Shown piece by piece: positions 57,355-64,000 of a DNA stretch of 64,000 nt. Source of the stretch: Macrostomum lignano (taxonomy: Eukaryota). The notes under the pieces are model-generated. The model worked only from the letters and a program-made list of their open reading frames with translations, searched no databases and was not told where the DNA came from. The stretch lies in NCBI GenBank assembly GCA_002269645.1, contig NIVC01001731.1:1-64000 (forward strand). The letters run 5' to 3'. The translations under genes were made by a program, and so were the position numbers. Every line of letters begins with the position of its first letter. The stretch's first letter is position 1.

Positions 57355-60300
57355 TCACAAAAGTACATAGTTGTCGTCCTCCTCGTCCTCTTGCTGATCT
57401 ACAATTGAAGGTGTTGAAAAAACAGATTATGGCTAACTGGCTATCCATGAAAATAACATTGCACATAGCCTGAATAAATTAATTTTGATCCATCAAATTT
57501 ATGGCAAGCTAAACCGCAGGCCCCATACAGCTAATGAGCGAAAAATTGAAATAACTTGAAGAAGTAAAGTAATAAATCAAATATATAAATAAACGATAAT
57601 CGCTACTTACAGTAGCGGAAACTGTTAATATAAATAATTAGAATATCAATTCGCCTCTTTATCTTGGTCGAGAGGCAGCTGTGCGAACAGGAAATTGACG
57701 GCAATTCTCAATTATAAATTGAAACAATAAAAAATCACGAAATAACAATTTCATCTACGAGCTATTAACAATTCTGCCGAAAGTCTCCTTAACTGCCTAC
57801 AAGCGCAACATCATTCCCAATAATATACCGGTATAGTATATTCTGTGGAAAATAACATTACGAGTACATGAAATAGCGCATATCGCATATTAACTAAATG
57901 ACATCGCCACACACGATATCACAGCCCATGAATGTGCTAATAAGACAACGGGACATGATATCACAGCCCATGAATGTGCTAATAAGACAACGGGACATGA
58001 TATCACAGCCCATGAATGTACTAATAAGACAACGGGACATGATATCACAGCCCGTGAATGTACTAATAAGACAACGGGACATGATATCACAGCCCGTGAA
58101 TGTACTAATAAGACAACGGGACACGATATCACAGCCCGTGAATGTACTAATAAGACAACGGGACATGATATCACAGCCCGTGAATGTACTAATAAGACAA
58201 CGGGACACGATATCACAGCCCGTGAATGTACTAATAAGACAACGGGACATGATATCACAGCCCGTGAATGTACTAATAAGACAACGGGACACGATATCAC
58301 AGCCCGTGAATGTACTAATAAGACAACGGGACATGATATCACAGCCCGTGAATGTGCTAATAAGACAACGGGACATAATATCACAGCCCGTGAATGTGCT
58401 AATAAGATAACGGGACATGATATCACAGCCCGTGAATGCACTAATATAAGACATATCGACATGACATCACAGCCCGTGAATGCACTAATAAGACATATCG
58501 ACATGACATCACAGCCCATGAATGCACTTATAAGACATATCGACATGACATCACAGTCCATGAATGTACTAATAAGACATATCGACATGACATCACAGTC
58601 CATGAATGTACTAACAAGACATCCAAGAAATTGGTCTCCAACATCCACTATACTAAAAATGAAATCTCCCCACAGCTCAGCTGAGCTGCTGCCAGACTCT
58701 CACCGAATTTGATCTGGCTGGCCAGTGTGTACGGCTCAAACGCCGGCCAGTGGCTCGGCCGGGTCTGGTGGACTTCGAACAGCGGCAAATCGAACTGCTG
58801 CACCATCCGGCGGACCAGGCTGGCGCACAGGTCGTCCAGTTGGGCCTCGTTGGCGCAGACGAACCCGACGGCCAGGCTGGGGTCAAGACGGGCGAACGGC
58901 ATCCGGCGAAGGCTCGGACAGTGATAACTGGCGTCCGGGGGCGGCGGCTGCGGGGTGTGATTATGTCATGATGTCTGATTGGCGCATACCATCATGTCAT
59001 GATGTCTGATTGGCGCATACGATCATGTCATGATGTCTGATGGACGTATGTGTTCATGTCAGGATGTCTGATGGACGTATGTAATCATGTCAAGATGTTT
59101 GATGGGCGCACGTGATTATGTGATGATGTTCTATGGGTACATGCGAACATGGCATGATGTCTTATGCGCAGGTAATCTGATTAAATATGTTGCAAGCATA
59201 GGGCTGGGTTCAGTGAGTGGAGAGACTTGGAGAGACATGTAGAGAAATGAATTCTAGACACTCACACTTCCAGACGCTGTGGCAGCAGCAGCTACGCCAG
59301 ACACCGCAGGCCCGATAGCGGCGCAGTCCTGAGTTGTGTGCGGATCCAAATAATAGAGCTCGTTGCCCTGATAGCCAATAAAATAATGAGCATGGTTCGG
59401 CTTGCCGCCAATGATGCCCAGGCTTTGGGGCATTTCAAGGCACCGCTTCAGAGCCGGTACGTACTGCTGGTTGAGGTCGGACAGGCCCAGGCGGAGGGGC
59501 ACAAATAGCAGCAGAGCTTTGGAGTCCGCTGAGCTGCGGAGTAGGGCCTCTGCGAGTGCGAGTGGGCAGGAACTGTTGCTGGGGAATTTATGGCGATTCT
59601 CGGGGACTGTCTATGGGCGATTCTGAGTGACTGTCTATGGGTGGCGATTCTGAGTGACTGTCTATGGGTGGCGATTCTCAGTGACTGTCTATGGGTGGCG
59701 ATTCTGAGTGACTGTCTATGGGTGGCGATTCTGAGTGACTGTCTATGGGCGATTCTCAGTGACTGTCTATGGGTGGCGATTCTGAGTGACTGTCTGTGGG
59801 TGGCGATTCTGAGTGACTGTCTATGGGTGGCGATTCTGAGTGACTGTCTATGGGTGGCGATTCTGAGTGACTGTCTATGGGTGGCGATTCTGAGTGACTG
59901 TCTATGGGCGATTCTCAGTGACTGTCTATGGGTGGCGATTCTGAGTGACTGTCTGTGGGTGGCGATTCTGAGTGACTGTCTATGGGTGGCGATTCTGAGT
60001 GACTGTCTATGGGTGGCGATTCTGAGTGACTGTCTATGGGTGGCGATTCTGAGTGACTGTCTATGGATGGCGATTCTGAGTGACTGTCTATGGGCGATTC
60101 TCAGTGACTGTCTATGGGTGGCGATTCTGAGTGACTGTCTGTGGGTGGCGATTCTGAGTGACTGTCTATGGGTGGCGATTCTGAGTGACTGTCTATGGGT
60201 GGCGATTCTGAGTGACTGTCTATGGGTGGCGATTCTGAGTGACTGACTGTCTATGAGTGATTCTGAGTGACTGTCTATGGGTGGCGATTTTGGGGGACTG

Positions 60301-61711
60301 TCTATGGGTGATTCTGAGTGACTGTCTATGGGTGGCGATTCTGAGTGACTGTCTATGGGTGGCGATTTTAGGGGACTGTCTATGGGTGATTCTGAGTGAC
60401 TGTCTATGGGTGGCGATTTTAGGGGACTGTCTATGGGTGATTCTGAGTGACTGTCTATGGGTGGCGATTCTGAGTGACTGACTGTCTATGAGTGATTCTG
60501 GGTGACTGTCTATGGGTGGCGATTTTAGGGGACTGTCTATGGGTGATTCTGAGTGACTGTCTGTGGGTGGCGATTCTCAGTGACTGTCTATGGGTGGCGA
60601 TTCTGAGTGACTGTCTGTGGGTGGCGATTCTCAGTGACTGTCTATGGGTGGCGATTCTGAGTGACTGTCTGTGGGTGGCGATTCTGAGTGACTGTCTATG
60701 GGTGGCGATTCTGAGTGACTGTCTATGGGCGATTCTCAGTGACTGTCTATGGGTGGCGATTCTGAGTGACTGACTGTCTATGAGTGATTCTGAGTGACTG
60801 TCTATGGGTGGCGATTTTAGGGGACTGTCTATGGGTGGTTCTGAGTGACTGTCTGTGGGTGGCGATTCTGAGTGACTGACTGTGGGTGGCGATTCTGAGT
60901 GACTGTCTATGGCTGATTCTGGGTGACGGTTTATGGGCGATTCTCGGGGACTGTCTGTGGGCGATTCTCAAAGGCGCAACTCACTTAAGTCATCAATAAT
61001 AACGGTATTATCCAGAGCCACGTGCACCAGCAGATTAGCGAACTGATCAAACGCAGACAGCTTGCGTATCGCCTGCGCCACGGTGTTCGGACCGAACCAC
61101 TGGCCAACCGGCTTGCCGTCAGACACGCCCATGGAGGCTGCGATAATGAGTGCGGAGTTGCGCAATAAATACTACTAGTCTAAATAGATAAGAAAGGCTA
61201 TGATGTCCTGTCAAGACAACTCACCAATCTGGTGAATAGAGAACGGAGCGGCTTTGTTGTCCTCAAACAGGCGCAGTATGTCTCGATAAGTTGCGTCGTT
61301 AGCGAAACTTTCGCCAGACCAACGCCAGGCTCGGCCCAGCTTCACTCGGACAATGGCCTCAGCTAGCATCATCTGGCCGCAGCGGAGCATGCAGCCCCAG
61401 CCTTTGTCCGTTTTGGGGCCTTCGCTGCCGCCGATTGGCGAGAAGTCGCGCCGATAAGTCACCCACAGGCGGGACAGATGGTCCAGACGGATGTCTTCTC
61501 GATCTTGGTTAAATTTAACGAGAAATATTTTTCTATTTCTACTAACAGTAGCTAAGATGCGCATTTTTTAAATTCAGATTTATTAATATGACCTACCGTG
61601 CTTAGTGCTGTAGGCGTGACCGAGCAAGTACAACGGCTCGTCTGACAGCGGCAAATCGTCGTATTCAACTCCGGCCCCGCTCTCGTAGCTGTTGCCTGTG
61701 GCTTCGACCAT
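57355..61711 (-). CDS. ATG4: Cysteine protease ATG4 (ATG4A/B-like)
   Basis: Exons 61711-61597, 61503-61225, 61137-60985, 59549-59266, 58947-58704, 57398-57355, phase-consistent. Motifs RLWVTYRRDF, DKGWGCMLRCGQM (catalytic Cys), WFGP, VPLRLG, YLDPH (Asp/His), LDPSLAVGF; C-terminal acidic LIR-like DEEDDNYVLL*. Confidence 0.95.
57895..58625. repeat. 42-bp minisatellite in the last intron of ATG4
   Basis: Unit ATGATATCACAGCCCGTGAATGTACTAATAAGACAACGGGAC; a variant subfamily occupies the right end. Confidence 0.93.
59590..60970. repeat. 27-bp minisatellite filling ATG4 intron 3 (GGGTGGCGATTCTGAGTGACTGTCTAT)n
   Basis: Read directly; the WVAILSDCL ORFs are artefacts. Confidence 0.96.
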
Positions 61712-61799
61712 GCCTACGGTGGAGTGTAAACAGATATTTACAAGGGGTGGTAGGGGCTTCGCTGCATTCCTGTCTGTGCGCCTGTCCTTTCGTCTGTCA

Positions 61800-64000
61800 A
61801 TGCCTGTTCACTTGCCTGTCTATCTATCTATATACTTGTCTATAAGTGTCTGTACACCTGCCTGTCCATTTGCCTGTCAGTCAGTGTGTCCACTTGCCTG
61901 TCGGTGTCTGTTTACTTGCCTATCAGTGTCTGTTTACTTGCCTATCAGTGTCTGTTTACTTGCCTGTCGGTGTCTGTTTACTTGCCTATCAGTGTCTGTT
62001 TACTTGCCCGTCAGTGTCTGTTTACTTGCCTGTCAGTTTCTGTTTACTTGCCTTTCAGTGTCTGTTTACGTCAGTGTCTGTTTAGTTGCCTGTCAGTTTC
62101 TGTTTACTTGCCTGTCAGTGTCTGTTTACCTGCCTGTCAGTTTCTGTTTACTTGCCCGTCAGTGTCTGTTTACTTGCCTGTCAGTGTCTGTTTACTTGCC
62201 TGTCAGTGTCTGTTTACTTGCCTGTCAGTGTCTGTTTACTTGCCCGTCAGTGTCTGTTTACTTGCCTGTCAGTGTCTGTTTACTTGCCCGTCAGTGTCTG
62301 TTTACTTGCCTGTCAGTGTCTGTTTACTTGCCTGTCAGTGTCTGTTTACTTGCCTGTCAGTGTCTGTTTACTTGCCTGTCAGTGTCTGTTTACTTGTCTG
62401 TCAGTGCCTGTTAACCTGCCTGTCAGTTTCTGTCTACTTGCCCGTCAGTGTCTGTTTACCTGCCTGTCAGTGTCTGTTTACTTGCCCGTCAGTGTCTGTT
62501 TACTTGCCTGTCAGTGTCTGTTTACTTGCCCGTCAGTGTCTGTTTACTTGCCTGTCAGTTTCTGTTTACTTGCCCGTCAGTGTCTGTTTACTTGCCTGTC
62601 AGTGTCTGTTTACTTGCCCGTCAGTGTCTGTTTACTTGCCTGTCAGTGTCTGTTTACTTGCCTGTCAGTTTCTGTTTACTTGCCCGTCAGTGTCTGTTTA
62701 CCTGCCTGTCAGTGTCTGTTTACTTGCCCGTCAGTGTCTGTTTACTTGCCTGTCAGTGTCTGTTTACTTGCCTGTCAGTTTCTGTTTACTTGCCCGTCAG
62801 TGTCTGTTTACCTGCCTGTCAGTGTCTGTTTACTTGCCCGTCAGTGTCTGTTTACTTGCCTGTCAGTGTCTGTTTACTTGCCTGTCAGTGTCTGTTTACT
62901 TGCCTGTCAGTGTCTGTTTACTTGCCCGTCAGTGTCTGTTTACTTGCCTGTCAGTTTCTGTTTACTTGCCCGTCAGTGTATGTTTACTTGCCTGTCAGTG
63001 TCTGTTTACTTGCCTGTCAGTGTCTGTTTACTTGCCTGTCAGTTTCTGTTTACTTGCCCGTCAGTGTCTGTTTACTTGCCTGTCAGTGTCTGTTTACTTG
63101 CCCGTCAGTGTCTGTTTACTTGCCTGTCAGTTTCTGTTTACTTGCCCGTCAGTGTATGTTTACTTGCCTGTCAGTGTCTGTTTACTTGCCTGTCAGTGTC
63201 TGTTTACTTGCCTGTCAGTTTCTGTTTACTTGCCCGTCAGTGTCTGTTTACCTGCCTGTCAGTGTCTGTTTACTTGCCCGTCAGTGTCTGTTTACTTGCC
63301 CGTCAGTGTCTGTTTACTTGCCTGTCAGTGTCTGTTTACTTGCCTGTCAGTGTCTGTTTACTTGCCTGTCAGTGTCTGTTTACTTGCCCGTCAGTGTCTG
63401 TTTACTTGCCTGTCAGTGTCTGTTTACTTGCCTGTCAGTGTCTGTTTACTTGCCCGTCAGTGTCTGTTTACTTGCCTGTCAGTGTCTGTTTACTTGCCCG
63501 TCAGTGTCTGTTTACTTGCCTGTCAGTTTCTGTTTACTTGCCCGTCAGTGTCTGTTTACTTGCCTGTCAGTGTCTGTTTACTTGCCCGTCAGTGTCTGTT
63601 TACTTGCCTGTCAGTGTCTGTTTACTTGCCTGTCAGTGTCTGTTTACTTGCCCGTCAGTGTCTGTTTACTTGCCTGTCAGTTTCTGTTTACTTGCCTGTC
63701 AGTGTCTGTTTACTTGCCTGTCAGTGTCTGTTTACTTGCCCGTCAGTGTCTGTTTACTTGCCTGTCAGTGTCTGTTTACTTGCCTGTCAGTGTCTGTTTA
63801 CTTGCCCGTCAGTGTCTGTTTACTTGCCTGTCAGTGTCTGTTTGCTTGTCTGTCAGTGCCTGTTTACCTGCCTGTCAGTTTCTGTTTACTTGCCCGTCAG
63901 TGTCTGTTTACTTGCCTGTCAGTGTCTGTTTACTTGCCTGTCAGTGTCTGTTTACTTGCCCGTCAGTGTCTGTTTACTTGTCTGTCAGTGCCTGTTTACC
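61800..64000. repeat. 22-bp minisatellite (TCAGTGTCTGTTTACTTGCCTG)n upstream of ATG4, running off the window
   Basis: More than 2 kb of units with CCTG/CCCG and GTGT/GTTT variants. Confidence 0.97.

Noticed and set aside
45880-64000. CRISPR-like arrays
   Set aside because: Units are head-to-tail without unique spacers, there are no cas genes, and the context is eukaryotic.

Overview
Eukaryotic (animal) genomic DNA with GT-AG introns and many minisatellites. The gene style and repeat load suggest a free-living flatworm such as Macrostomum (inference only). All exon models were read by hand from the sequence. 5.6-25.6 kb: cluster of five Delta-like paralogues (signal peptide, C2/MNNL-like, DSL, EGF stalk, TM, tail); four look coding and one is a pseudogene. 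They are mosaics: near-identical heads or stalks are combined with different stalk lengths (9, 9, 3, 10 EGF) and unrelated Tyr-motif tails, and the canonical Notch-binding DSL residues are missing. 26.0-31.8 kb: intact full-length non-LTR retrotransposon (APE, RT, RNase H; LOA/R1-like) with a perfect 12-bp TSD, inserted about 450 bp upstream of the fifth paralogue. 36.5-39.8 kb: ankyrin array upstream of a Mab-21/cGAS-like nucleotidyltransferase. 40-47 kb: decayed tyrosine recombinase, a hAT-type MITE and a 28S rDNA remnant centred on the R2 target site. 47-62 kb: CFDP1/BCNT, two tandem DUF1757-like genes and ATG4, with introns and spacers filled by distinct minisatellites, several sharing a CAGTG core. 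Best candidate for an undescribed system: the combinatorially shuffled non-canonical DSL cluster, with the ANK-cGLR locus nearby.
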